A program made the position numbers and the translations under genes. This document shows positions 21,081 through 29,506 of a stretch of 64,000 bases of DNA, in pieces. The DNA is taken from NCBI GenBank assembly GCA_963761305.1, contig CAVXGK010000002.1, positions 864,001-928,000 of the forward strand. The letters are read 5' to 3'. The stretch's first letter is position 1, and every line of letters starts with the position of its first letter. This DNA is from an uncultured Gemmatimonadaceae bacterium. GTDB lineage: Bacteria > Gemmatimonadota > Gemmatimonadetes > Gemmatimonadales > Gemmatimonadaceae. The notes below the pieces were generated by a model. The model did no database searches. It was given only the letters and a program-made list of their open reading frames with translations, and was not told the DNA's origin.

Positions 21081-21851
21081 GTGGAACGCTCCACCTCCAA
21101 TCGCTCAAGCGATGACGAGGGCGCGCTCAGCATTGAGCGCGCCCTCGTCATAGTCCCGACCTACAATGAATGCGAGAACATCGCGCGGCTCATCGACCGC
21201 GTGCTCTCGCAGGATCGTCGACTCGAAATTCTGGTCGTCGATGACGGGTCACCCGACGGGACGGCGGCGATCGTGCAGACCATCATGGAGGGCGAGTCAC
21301 GCGTCCACATCCTGTGCCGGCCGCGAAAGATGGGGCTCGGCACCGCCTACATCGCCGGGTTTCGCTGGGCGCTGGAGCAGGGATACGACGCCGTCTTCGA
21401 GATGGACGCCGATTTTTCTCACGACCCGGCCCACTTGCCGGAGTTTCTGTCGGCCATCCAGAACGCGGACCTGGTCCTCGGTTCCCGCTATCGTGACGGG
21501 CGGGTGACGGTCGTCAATTGGCCGATCTCGCGGCTGCTGCTCAGCTACTTCGCCAACGTCTACGCCAGATTCGTGACCGGGCTGAGCGTCTGGGACGCCA
21601 CCGGTGGCTTCAAGTGTTTTCGCCGAGTAGTCCTAGAAGCAATTGATTTTAATGACGTTAAATCGAACGGCTACGCATTCCAGATCGAGATGAGCGTCCG
21701 CGCGTCCAAGCGCGGATTTCGCATCGTTGAGATCCCGATCGTCTTCGTGGACCGCACGGAGGGAACGAGCAAGATGTCCAAGGCGATCGTCCGCGAAGCT
21801 GTCTGGATGGTCTGGCGCCTGCGCTGGTGGGCGATTCGCGGCCGTCTGTGA
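21081..21851 (+). CDS. polyprenol monophosphomannose synthase-like GT2 (Dpm1/Ppm1 family)
   Basis: VIVPTYNE, VDDGSPDGT, GLGTAY, EMDADFSHDP, GSRY, DATGGFK, GYAFQIE, F.DR..G.SKMS. Confidence 0.92.
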   Translation: MERSTSNRSSDDEGALSIERALVIVPTYNECENIARLIDRVLSQDRRLEILVVDDGSPDGTAAIVQTIMEGESRVHILCRPRKMGLGTAYIAGFRWALEQGYDAVFEMDADFSHDPAHLPEFLSAIQNADLVLGSRYRDGRVTVVNWPISRLLLSYFANVYARFVTGLSVWDATGGFKCFRRVVLEAIDFNDVKSNGYAFQIEMSVRASKRGFRIVEIPIVFVDRTEGTSKMSKAIVREAVWMVWRLRWWAIRGRL

Positions 21852-21876
21852 TCGACCTAGCCGAATCGAGCGCCTC

Positions 21877-22722
21877 GTGAGCAACGCCGGCCAGTCGTTC
21901 TACAAAATGAGCGGGTCGGGCAACGACTTCGTGGTCGTCGACGCTCGATCTGACGGCCCGGGATCGCTCGCGGATCCTCAGTTGGTCCAGCGGATTTGCT
22001 CGCGCGGCACAGGCGTCGGAGCCGATGGGATGGTGTTTCTCGAGCCATCGAGCAAAGCCTCCGTTCGGCTGACGTACCTCAATGCCGACGGCTCGCGCGC
22101 CGCGTTCTGCGGCAACGCCACGTTGTGCGGCACTCGGCTCGGCTACGAGCTCGGAATGGCTCGCGACGGCGCGCTGTCGATCGAGACAGACGATGGCGTC
22201 GTGCAGACACGGATGCGGGGATCCAACCCGGAGATCGACCTGGAACCCGTTGTCGAGATCCGGGATGGCGTGGAAGGCATCGGGCTGGCGTCAGGCGAGT
22301 CCCGCATGGGGTTCGCCAAGGTCGGCGTGCCGCACCTGGTCATTCGATGCGCGGACACGCGCCTGGTGGACGTCGTGGGGCGCGGCCGACCATTGCGGTC
22401 GCACAGCGCGTTTCCGATCGGCGCCAACGTGAACTTCGTCTCCGAGTCGCCGCGAAACGGTGCCGCCGCCGGCCGCGGCTGGGCGATGCGGACCTACGAG
22501 CGCGGCGTGGAGGCGGAGACCCTCGCGTGCGGCAGCGGGGCGGTGGCCGTCGCAATCCTGCTCGCGACTTGGGGCGACGAACGGCTGGGCTCGCCGATCG
22601 AGATCGAGTCCCGATCCGGGCTTCCACTTACCGTGACCCTCAAACGGTCCGGCGACCGTTGGCTGCCGAGTCTGTCGGGCGAAGGCCGGATCGTGTTCCG
22701 AGGGTCGCTGGAGGAGGTCTGA
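21877..22722 (+). CDS. dapF: diaminopimelate epimerase
   Basis: FYKMSGSGNDF, GVGADG, NADGS..FCGN, GVPH, NVNF, TYERGVEAETLACGSG. Confidence 0.95.
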   Translation: MSNAGQSFYKMSGSGNDFVVVDARSDGPGSLADPQLVQRICSRGTGVGADGMVFLEPSSKASVRLTYLNADGSRAAFCGNATLCGTRLGYELGMARDGALSIETDDGVVQTRMRGSNPEIDLEPVVEIRDGVEGIGLASGESRMGFAKVGVPHLVIRCADTRLVDVVGRGRPLRSHSAFPIGANVNFVSESPRNGAAAGRGWAMRTYERGVEAETLACGSGAVAVAILLATWGDERLGSPIEIESRSGLPLTVTLKRSGDRWLPSLSGEGRIVFRGSLEEV

Positions 22723-22766
22723 AATCCGTGGGAAAAGCCGGTTCTCCACAAACCTTCCCCGCGCTC

Positions 22767-22794
22767 GGTTGACATAATACATCTTATACGAACC
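22767..22794 (-). other. dif: dif-like XerC/XerD chromosome dimer resolution site
   Basis: minus strand GGTTCGTATAA-GATGTA-TTATGTCAACC has the 11-6-11 architecture and resembles E. coli dif (GGTGCGCATAA-TGTATA-TTATGTTAAAT); AT-rich, intergenic, at the point where gene strands converge. Confidence 0.85.
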
Positions 22795-22893
22795 TTCTGG
22801 CTGCCCACTTAAGAGCCCGCGAATCGACCGGTCCGGGATCGCCGCGCCCTTCGCAATGACAGGCGCGGTCGAGGGCAACGTCCCTGCGGAGGC

Positions 22894-23559
22894 CTACTTC
22901 TTCGCCGGCTGCGCCGTCAGCTCGCCAAGCCGGACCCGCGCTTCGGCCGATACCGACTCGGTGTTCGGATCGGTTGCCAGGTCCGACCAAATCTTGTGGG
23001 CCTTGGCGGTATCGCCAGACGCCTGGTAGGTTCGGGCCGCCTTCGCTCTGAGCGAGGCCTTCTCGGCTTGAAAAGACGTCGCCGCCGCCGCGGCTTCATA
23101 CTGCTGCCCGGCCTCGTTGAGCTTCCTGAGCTGCGCGTAGCCGTCGCCCATCAGATTGTGGATCGACGACTCCACACTGCTGGCGGCGCCGGCTCCGGAC
23201 GCCTTCCGCAGAAGATTGATGCCGTCCTGGACCTTGCCAGCGTCGTAGTCGAGGCCGGCCAGAAGGATCGCCGCCTCAATGCCGGCCGGTGTCGATCCGT
23301 AGCGCGAATACACCTTGTCCAGGTCGCTTTGCGCCAGCGGCAGGTTCCCCGAATTGAGGGATTGTTTGGCACTGCTGAGCGCGCGCTCGGCGTTCGTATT
23401 CGTGATAAGCCTGAGACGGCCCATGAACAGATAGACCAGGATTCCGGCGACGAGCACGCCGCCGACGATCATCCAGACTCTCGAATTTTTGCGCGCCCAG
23501 TCGAGAGCGTCCTGAAGCTTGTCGGACGACGAGGGCGAATCAGCTTGAATGCCAGTCAT
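22894..23559 (-). CDS. membrane-anchored tetratricopeptide-repeat protein (YfgM-like)
   Basis: single N-terminal TM helix then TPR-like helices, ends EARVRLGEL; start moved to the ATG at 23559 because the longer ORF overlaps the tRNA. Confidence 0.75.
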   Translation of the reverse strand: MTGIQADSPSSSDKLQDALDWARKNSRVWMIVGGVLVAGILVYLFMGRLRLITNTNAERALSSAKQSLNSGNLPLAQSDLDKVYSRYGSTPAGIEAAILLAGLDYDAGKVQDGINLLRKASGAGAASSVESSIHNLMGDGYAQLRKLNEAGQQYEAAAAATSFQAEKASLRAKAARTYQASGDTAKAHKIWSDLATDPNTESVSAEARVRLGELTAQPAKK

Positions 23560-23615
23560 GAACAGGTAGATGTGTGATCGGTGCGAACGTCCCAGCCCCT
23601 GAACGAGTACCCCAG

Positions 23616-23689
23616 TGCCCCTGGCGTGACTCGAACACGCGGCCAACGGTTTAGGAAACCGCTGCTCTATCCATCTGAGCTACAGGGGC
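23616..23689 (-). tRNA. tRNA-Arg, anticodon CCT; CCA end not encoded
   Basis: GCCCCTG-TAGCTCAGATGGATAGAGC-A-GCGGT-TTCCTAA-ACCGT-TGGCC-GCGTG-TTCGAGT-CACGC-CAGGGGC-A folds into a full cloverleaf. Confidence 0.97.
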
Positions 23690-23779
23690 ATCCACCACGA
23701 ATTGCAGCCCAACGCCCTGGCCGGGAACCTTGAAAGTTAGCCCAACCGTCAGGGCGACGGCAGTACTCTCTCGCCGAAC

Positions 23780-24367
23780 TCAGTAGCTGAGGAGCGCGCT
23801 CGTGCGGCGCCCTCGGAGCCGTTCGAGGCCGGGCAGAAACGTCAACGCCAACAGGAACGACAGTCCGACTACCGACGCTCCGAGCGCCTCGACCAGCCGA
23901 CACGTGGCCGCAGCGGTCCCGCCGGTGGCCAAGACGTCGTCCACGACGAGCACGCGGGCCGCAGAACCCACCGCGTCGTCGTGCATCTCGAGCGCGTCCG
24001 TGCCGTACTCCAGCGCGTACTCCTCGCGCCGCTTCGTCGACGGCAATTTCCCCGGTTTCCTGACCGGCACGAACCCGGCGCCGAGCTCCTGCGCGACCGG
24101 CGCGCCGAGGATGAACCCCCGGCTCTCGATCGCCACCACGTGCGTGACGTCCGAGTCGAGAAACGGCGACGCCATGAGCCGCGTGACGAGTGCGAAATCG
24201 TTGGCGTCGGCCAACAATGGGGTGATGTCCTTGAACAGGATTCCCGGCTTGGGATAATCCGGAATGTCGCGGATCAGCGACCTGAGACGCGGGTGGTGCC
24301 CTGCACTCGAATCCATCAGGATCGTCATCGTGTGTTGACTCGGACGTTCGTTCATCGGTTCTGTCAT
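23780..24367 (-). CDS. apt: adenine phosphoribosyltransferase
   Basis: IPDYPKPGILFKDIT, ESRGF, RKPGKLP, LEYG, VDDVLATGGT; start uncertain. Confidence 0.95.
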   Translation of the reverse strand: MTEPMNERPSQHTMTILMDSSAGHHPRLRSLIRDIPDYPKPGILFKDITPLLADANDFALVTRLMASPFLDSDVTHVVAIESRGFILGAPVAQELGAGFVPVRKPGKLPSTKRREEYALEYGTDALEMHDDAVGSAARVLVVDDVLATGGTAAATCRLVEALGASVVGLSFLLALTFLPGLERLRGRRTSALLSY

Positions 24368-24636
24368 CGCGCGATCTCGAATGGTCGACGCAGCTCGCGC
24401 GTCTCCGGCGAGGGCACGTCGTCGACGGAGGTGACTTTCGCGTGCGACGGTCCCTCGCGCAACATCGCGCGAAAACGCGTCACGCGCTCGTCCTCTCCGT
24501 CCGCCGCGATTTCCACGTTTCCGTCGGATCGGTTTCGGACCCAGCCGGCGAGGTCGAGCTCGATCGCCGATTCGCGCACGAACCATCGGAATCCAACGCC
24601 CTGCACTCGGCCGGACACCAGGACGTGCATTCGCAT
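24364..24636 (-). CDS. acyP: acylphosphatase
   Basis: VSGRVQGVGFR, GWVRN..DG.VE, GP..A.V. Confidence 0.95.
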   Translation of the reverse strand: MRMHVLVSGRVQGVGFRWFVRESAIELDLAGWVRNRSDGNVEIAADGEDERVTRFRAMLREGPSHAKVTSVDDVPSPETRELRRPFEIAR

Positions 24637-24649
24637 CTCGGCGTCCCGG

Positions 24650-25330
24650 TCAGGCGTCGTCCGATCGCGACCAGCCGTGGTGCCCGACCAGCGGCACGAA
24701 CCGCACGGGCGCTTCCTCGCGCATCTCGACGCGCCCGCCCTTTCGCTCGGCGAAGACGAGGCGCTGCTCCTCTCGGTCGCCCACGGGAATCAACAATCGT
24801 CCGCCTTCGGCGAGTTGGTCGAGCAGCGGCTGCGGGATCGACGGCGCGCCCGCCCCGACCAGGATCGCGTCGTACGGCGCGTACTCGCGCCATCCGATGC
24901 TGCCGTCGCCAAGCAGCAACGACACGTTGTTCACGCCGGTGCGCTGGATGTTCTCGCGCGCCTGCTGGAGCAACGCCGGAATGCGCTCGATCGAAAACAC
25001 CTGCGCGACCAGATGCGCGAGCAGCACGGTCTCGTAGCCCGAGCCGGTCCCGATTTCGAGCACGCGCTCCTTGCCAGAGAGTTGAAGCAGCTCGAGGTAT
25101 CGCGCGTGGACCCACGGCTGCGAGATCGTCTGTCCGTTTCCGATCGGCAGCGGCGCGTCTTCGTAGGCACGGTGGCGCAGGCCGGTCGGCACGAACGCGT
25201 GGCGCGGCGTCATCTCGATGGCGCGCAGCACGGCGAGATCGCGAATGCCTTTGCCGCGGAGCGTCTCGACGAGTCGCTGTCTGGCGCCGAGAAATTCGCG
25301 GTCGTTCGTCGACCCGTTGGAGCGTGTCAT
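24650..25330 (-). CDS. pcm: protein-L-isoaspartate O-methyltransferase
   Basis: PRHAFVP, AYED.PLPIG.GQTISQP, VLEIGTGSGY, APYDAI, RFVPL. Confidence 0.95.
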   Translation of the reverse strand: MTRSNGSTNDREFLGARQRLVETLRGKGIRDLAVLRAIEMTPRHAFVPTGLRHRAYEDAPLPIGNGQTISQPWVHARYLELLQLSGKERVLEIGTGSGYETVLLAHLVAQVFSIERIPALLQQARENIQRTGVNNVSLLLGDGSIGWREYAPYDAILVGAGAPSIPQPLLDQLAEGGRLLIPVGDREEQRLVFAERKGGRVEMREEAPVRFVPLVGHHGWSRSDDA

Positions 25331-26088
25331 GGATTGCGCCACCAACGTTCCGCGCCCTGGAGCGCGCTGTGGTGCGTGAGGTCGAGGTGGAGCGGCGTGA
25401 CGGAGACATAGCCGTCTTCGACGGCCCGAAAATCGGAATCCGTTTCCCCGCTCCAACTCGCCTGGCCGCCGCCGATCCAATAGATCTGGCGGCCGCGCGG
25501 ATCCTTCATCGGCGCGACGGACTGCGAGTAGACGCGACGTCCCAGGCGAGTGAGCTTGACGCCTTTCACCTGATCCCCCACCAGCGGCGGCAGGTTGATG
25601 TTGAGCAGCGTGTCGGCCGGAAGCGCCGGAAGCGACGTGACGTGTTTCAACAACGACGTCAGCACCGGCACCTGCGCGCGTAGTCGCGCCGGATCGGCGC
25701 GCATCGCGCTACCCGCCGATGAGATCGCGATCGACGGTACACCGAGGGCGAGACCTTCCATCGCGGCGGCCACCGTGCCGGAGTACAGCACGTCCTCGCC
25801 CATGTTCTGGCCGTGATTGACGCCGCTGAGCACGAAGTCGGGTCGCTCGGGCATCAGCGCTTCGAGCGCCAACATGACGCAGTCGGTCGGCGTGCCATCG
25901 ACCTGCCAGCGCCGATCGCCGCGCCGCACGGGATGGAGCGGGTGGTGGAGCGTGAGCGAATGGCTCGTCGCGCTCTGTTCGCGATCGGGCGCCACGACCG
26001 TCACTTCGCCGAGCGGCTCGGCCGCGGCGATGAGACATTCGATGCCCTGCGCGAGGAAGCCGTCGTCGTTCGTGACGAGAAAGCGCAT
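25327..26088 (-). CDS. surE: 5'/3'-nucleotidase SurE
   Basis: LVTNDDG, GTPTDCV, SGVNHGQNMG, YSGTVAAAMEG, SVTPL. Confidence 0.96.
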   Translation of the reverse strand: MRFLVTNDDGFLAQGIECLIAAAEPLGEVTVVAPDREQSATSHSLTLHHPLHPVRRGDRRWQVDGTPTDCVMLALEALMPERPDFVLSGVNHGQNMGEDVLYSGTVAAAMEGLALGVPSIAISSAGSAMRADPARLRAQVPVLTSLLKHVTSLPALPADTLLNINLPPLVGDQVKGVKLTRLGRRVYSQSVAPMKDPRGRQIYWIGGGQASWSGETDSDFRAVEDGYVSVTPLHLDLTHHSALQGAERWWRNP

Positions 26089-26098
26089 CGAGCGGCGG

Positions 26099-26503
26099 TC
26101 AGTCCGCGAGGGCGAGCGAATCGAGCAACGTCACGAGATCGCGCAGGTCGCCCTCGAGCGATTCCAACGCTTCGACCGTGAGCGCGCCGCGCGCGATGAC
26201 TTTGAGATCGCCGCTCTTGCGGTGCTCGTCGACCTTCTGGCGCGCGCCCTCGATCGTGTACTTCTCATCGTACAACAGATGCTTCACGAGCATCACGAGC
26301 TCGACTTCGCGCCGTTGGTAGACGCGATTTCCGGACCGATTCTTGGCCGGATTGAGGAAGCGGAACTGGCTCTCCCAGTACCGCAACACATGAGGCTTGA
26401 GACCGGTGAGGTCGCAGACTTCTCCGATGGAGAAGAATTCCTGCACCGGCTCGGAGTGTGCGCCGCGCGGCGCCGAGTGCGAACGGGAAGAGGATGGGGT
26501 CAC
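26099..26503 (-). CDS. MerR-family HTH transcriptional regulator
   Basis: FSIGEV..L...PHVLRYWE, P.KN..G.R.Y, YTIEGAR. Confidence 0.9.
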   Translation of the reverse strand: MTPSSSRSHSAPRGAHSEPVQEFFSIGEVCDLTGLKPHVLRYWESQFRFLNPAKNRSGNRVYQRREVELVMLVKHLLYDEKYTIEGARQKVDEHRKSGDLKVIARGALTVEALESLEGDLRDLVTLLDSLALAD

Positions 26504-27495
26504 AGGTCTTGCTCCGATCGAAGTTCACGCGCCATGAGCTCGGGGACCGCTTTTCGTGCTGTGTGTCCGTCGAAGAGAATGCGGTGCACCATTTGTACGA
26601 TGGGCATGTCCACGCCGCATCGTTCGGCGAGAGCCAATCCGCTCGCCGTCGAGCTGACGCCTTCGGCGACCGTTTCCTTGCCGGCGAGCGCTTGCTCGAG
26701 CGTCGCGCCGCGGCCGATCTCCAAACCGAGCGCGTGATTGCGGCTGAGTAAGCCCGTGCACGTGAGCACGAGGTCGCCGATGCCGGCGAGCCCGGCGAAG
26801 GTGTTCTGCCGCGCACCCAGCGCCACACCCAGCCGCGTCATCTCGTGCAGCCCGCGCGTGATCAGCGCGGCGCGTGAGTTGTTGCCGAGCCCTACGCCCT
26901 CGACGATGCCGGTCGCCACCGCCATCACGTTCTTGAGCGCGCCGCCCAGCTCGACTCCGACCACGTCGTCGTTGGTGTAGACGCGGAACGACTTGCTGCT
27001 GAGCGCGTCCTGCACGACGCGCGCGGCGTCGCGACGGACGCTCGCCGCGACGATCGCCGTCGGTTGTCGCGCAATTACCTCGGACGCGAAGCTCGGCCCC
27101 GACACTCCGACCACCGGCCGGCCAGAGACTTCTTCACCGATGACCGACGTCATCAGCGCCAGGGTTTCGCGCTCGATGCCCTTCGTCGCCACCGACAGCA
27201 CGGCGTCGCGCGAAACGCTCGCCAGGCCTTCGGCCGCGATGCGGCGAAGGTGTTGCGACGGCGTGGCGTAGACGACCAGCGTCGCGCCGTCGAGCGTGGC
27301 GCGCAGATCGTTCGTCGCGCGGAGCGACGGCGCCAGCGTGAAGCCCTGGAGAAAACGCTGATTCTCGTGACGGCTGTTGATCGAGTTCGCGACGTCGGTC
27401 TCGAAGGCCCAGATCGTCGTCTCGTGACCGTTGGATGCCAGGAGGTCCGCGAGCGCGGTGCCCCACGCGCCGGCGCCGATGACGGCGACGCGCAT
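26500..27495 (-). CDS. gpsA: NAD(P)H-dependent glycerol-3-phosphate dehydrogenase
   Basis: GAGAWGTALA, TKGIE, SGPSFA, GGALKNV, GDLVLTC, SRN, AEG. Confidence 0.96.
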   Translation of the reverse strand: MRVAVIGAGAWGTALADLLASNGHETTIWAFETDVANSINSRHENQRFLQGFTLAPSLRATNDLRATLDGATLVVYATPSQHLRRIAAEGLASVSRDAVLSVATKGIERETLALMTSVIGEEVSGRPVVGVSGPSFASEVIARQPTAIVAASVRRDAARVVQDALSSKSFRVYTNDDVVGVELGGALKNVMAVATGIVEGVGLGNNSRAALITRGLHEMTRLGVALGARQNTFAGLAGIGDLVLTCTGLLSRNHALGLEIGRGATLEQALAGKETVAEGVSSTASGLALAERCGVDMPIVQMVHRILFDGHTARKAVPELMARELRSEQDL

Positions 27496-28196
27496 CAGCG
27501 GAACCTCGTCGCGATGAAGATCGCCCCGGCGATGACGAGGGCGATCGGCACGACGGCGTTTGGACGTTTCGTCGCCGCGCCCTTGTTGCCGAACCGATGC
27601 TCCTGGCCTGTGCGCAGGCGCTGGATATTCGCGCGGTGCGTCCAGAACACGAAGAGGGCGACGAGCACGCTGATCGCGAACAAGGGCGACCGCACACCCA
27701 CCGTGAGCCACAGCAGCACCGGCATCAGGGTCGCGCACGTGAGCGAGCCCAACGACACGTATCCGCTCGACTTGAGGACAACGGCGAACACGACGAGCAC
27801 GAGCAAGGTTTGAATCGGCGCCAGCGCGAGGAAAACGCCCGCTGCCGTGGCCACGCCCTTCCCTCCCTTGCCCAGCCCCAGGAAGATCGGGCGCGTGTGT
27901 CCGATGATCGCGCACACGCCACACAGGATCCCGAACAGCAACGGGTCGTGCATCGGCATCACGTCGGCCGGCACCCACCGCGGAAACAGCACCACGGGCA
28001 GCGTGCCCTTGAGCATGTCGAAGGCGAACACCAAGAGACCGATCCGCGCCCCGAGCACGCGAATCACGTTCGTCGCGCCGAGGTTGCCCGATCCGTGCTT
28101 TCTCAGGTCGATGCCTCGCGCGCGTCCGGCGATGTACGCCGCCGGAATCGATCCGAGCAGGTACGACCCGATCAACGCGGCCGCGAGGCGAAGCAT
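27495..28196 (-). CDS. plsY: glycerol-3-phosphate acyltransferase PlsY
   Basis: YLLGSIP, GSGNLGATN, D.LKG, GGKGVATA.G, HRANI.RL..G.E. Confidence 0.95.
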   Translation of the reverse strand: MLRLAAALIGSYLLGSIPAAYIAGRARGIDLRKHGSGNLGATNVIRVLGARIGLLVFAFDMLKGTLPVVLFPRWVPADVMPMHDPLLFGILCGVCAIIGHTRPIFLGLGKGGKGVATAAGVFLALAPIQTLLVLVVFAVVLKSSGYVSLGSLTCATLMPVLLWLTVGVRSPLFAISVLVALFVFWTHRANIQRLRTGQEHRFGNKGAATKRPNAVVPIALVIAGAIFIATRFR

Positions 28197-29506
28197 CAGC
28201 CGGCTTTCCGCCTGAGCACGATGCGCAACGGATTGCCGGTGAATCCCCAGAACGCTCGAAAGCCGTTGTGGAGATACCGCACATAGTGCTCTTCGACGAG
28301 ATCCGGCGCATTGCCGAAGACCGCGATCGTCGGCGGCGCGGTCTCGATCTGCGTCGCGTAGTTGAGCTTGATCTCGCGCCCCGCCGCCTGCGGCGGCTGA
28401 CGCCGCGCCACGAGCTCGCCGAGCTTGGCGTTCACCTCGGCCGTCCCGATGCGCTTGGCGCGCTCCTCCTCGACCTGCTGGAGGGTCTCGAGCACACGCG
28501 TGACGCGTTGACCAGTCAGCGCGGAGGTGAACAAGAACGGCACGAATTTCAGGAACGGCGCTTTTTCGCCCGCCGCCACCTGGTACTTCGCCGCCGCTTT
28601 GTCGTCCTTGGCAGCGATGTCCCACTTGTTCACCGCGACGATCAGCCCCCGTCCGCTTTCCCACGCGAGCGCGGCGATCTTGAGATCCTGGTTCTGGATC
28701 TCGCCTTCGGTGGCGTCGACGAGGAGGATGCAAATGTCGGCGCGCTCGATCGCGCGCCGCGTGCGCAGCGACGAATAGAACTCGATACCGTCGTCGATCT
28801 TCGACTGGCGGCGCAGGCCGGCGGTGTCGACGAAGATGAACTGACGCCCGTGGAACCGCATCGGCGTATCGATCGCGTCGCGCGTCGTGCCGGCAATGTC
28901 GGAGACGACGAGCCGCTCTTCGCCGAGCAGCCGATTCACGAATGACGACTTGCCGACGTTCGGCCGGCCGATCACGGCGACGCGGAGCGTGTCCTCGGGC
29001 TCGGCGACGACTTGAGGCAGCCGAGCCACGACGGCGTCCAGCAGATCGCCCGAGTTTTTTCCGTTGATGGCCGAGACCGGAAACACCTGCTCGACGCCGA
29101 TCTGATAGAACTCGTAGAAGTCGGCGTCGCGCGGGTCGTCCACCTTGTTGGCGACGAGCAGCCAGGGTTTCTGCGAATTCCGCAGGATCTCGGCGACGTT
29201 GTAGTCCGCCGGATGCAAGCCGGCACGCGCGTCGACGACGAAGAGCAGCAGGTCCGCTTCGCCGATCGCTTCGTCGACCTGGCGCCGAATCTCGACGTCC
29301 ATCGGCGCGCGAGGATCCTCGTTGATGCCCCCGGTGTCGACGAGCCAGAACGATCGTCCCGCCCAGTCGGTCTCGGCGAAATGGCGGTCGCGCGTGGTGC
29401 CGGCTTCGTCGGAGACGATGGCCTTGTTGTCGCCGACGATGCGGTTGAAGAGCGCCGATTTTCCGACGTTCGGCCGTCCGATCAGCGCGACGACCGGAAC
29501 GTTCAC
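28196..29506 (-). CDS. der: ribosome biogenesis GTPase Der (EngA)
   Basis: two GRPNVGKS G-domains with TTRD, DTGG/DTAG, NKVD/NKWD; KH-like tail. Confidence 0.97.
   Translation of the reverse strand: MNVPVVALIGRPNVGKSALFNRIVGDNKAIVSDEAGTTRDRHFAETDWAGRSFWLVDTGGINEDPRAPMDVEIRRQVDEAIGEADLLLFVVDARAGLHPADYNVAEILRNSQKPWLLVANKVDDPRDADFYEFYQIGVEQVFPVSAINGKNSGDLLDAVVARLPQVVAEPEDTLRVAVIGRPNVGKSSFVNRLLGEERLVVSDIAGTTRDAIDTPMRFHGRQFIFVDTAGLRRQSKIDDGIEFYSSLRTRRAIERADICILLVDATEGEIQNQDLKIAALAWESGRGLIVAVNKWDIAAKDDKAAAKYQVAAGEKAPFLKFVPFLFTSALTGQRVTRVLETLQQVEEERAKRIGTAEVNAKLGELVARRQPPQAAGREIKLNYATQIETAPPTIAVFGNAPDLVEEHYVRYLHNGFRAFWGFTGNPLRIVLRRKAG

Noticed and set aside
16692..21153. Long alternative-frame or antisense ORFs (e.g. 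16692-18713 -, 19072-21153 +; likewise 35373-37409 + and 50228-52123 +)
   Set aside because: Arg/Ala/Gly-rich shadows of well-supported genes, expected from stop-codon scarcity in high-GC DNA; no recognisable motifs.
22742..22750. DnaA-box-like TTCTCCACA near dif, raising the possibility of oriC
   Set aside because: Single box with a mismatch, no cluster or unwinding element; genes converge here rather than diverge.
22769..22790. TTGACA followed by CATAAT/TTATAC read as a sigma70 promoter
   Set aside because: Spacing is wrong, no + strand gene lies downstream, and the dif architecture explains the sequence fully.
23560..23780. tRNA-Arg as the integration site of an island
   Set aside because: Flanked by core-type genes; I saw no duplicated tRNA 3' end or integrase nearby.
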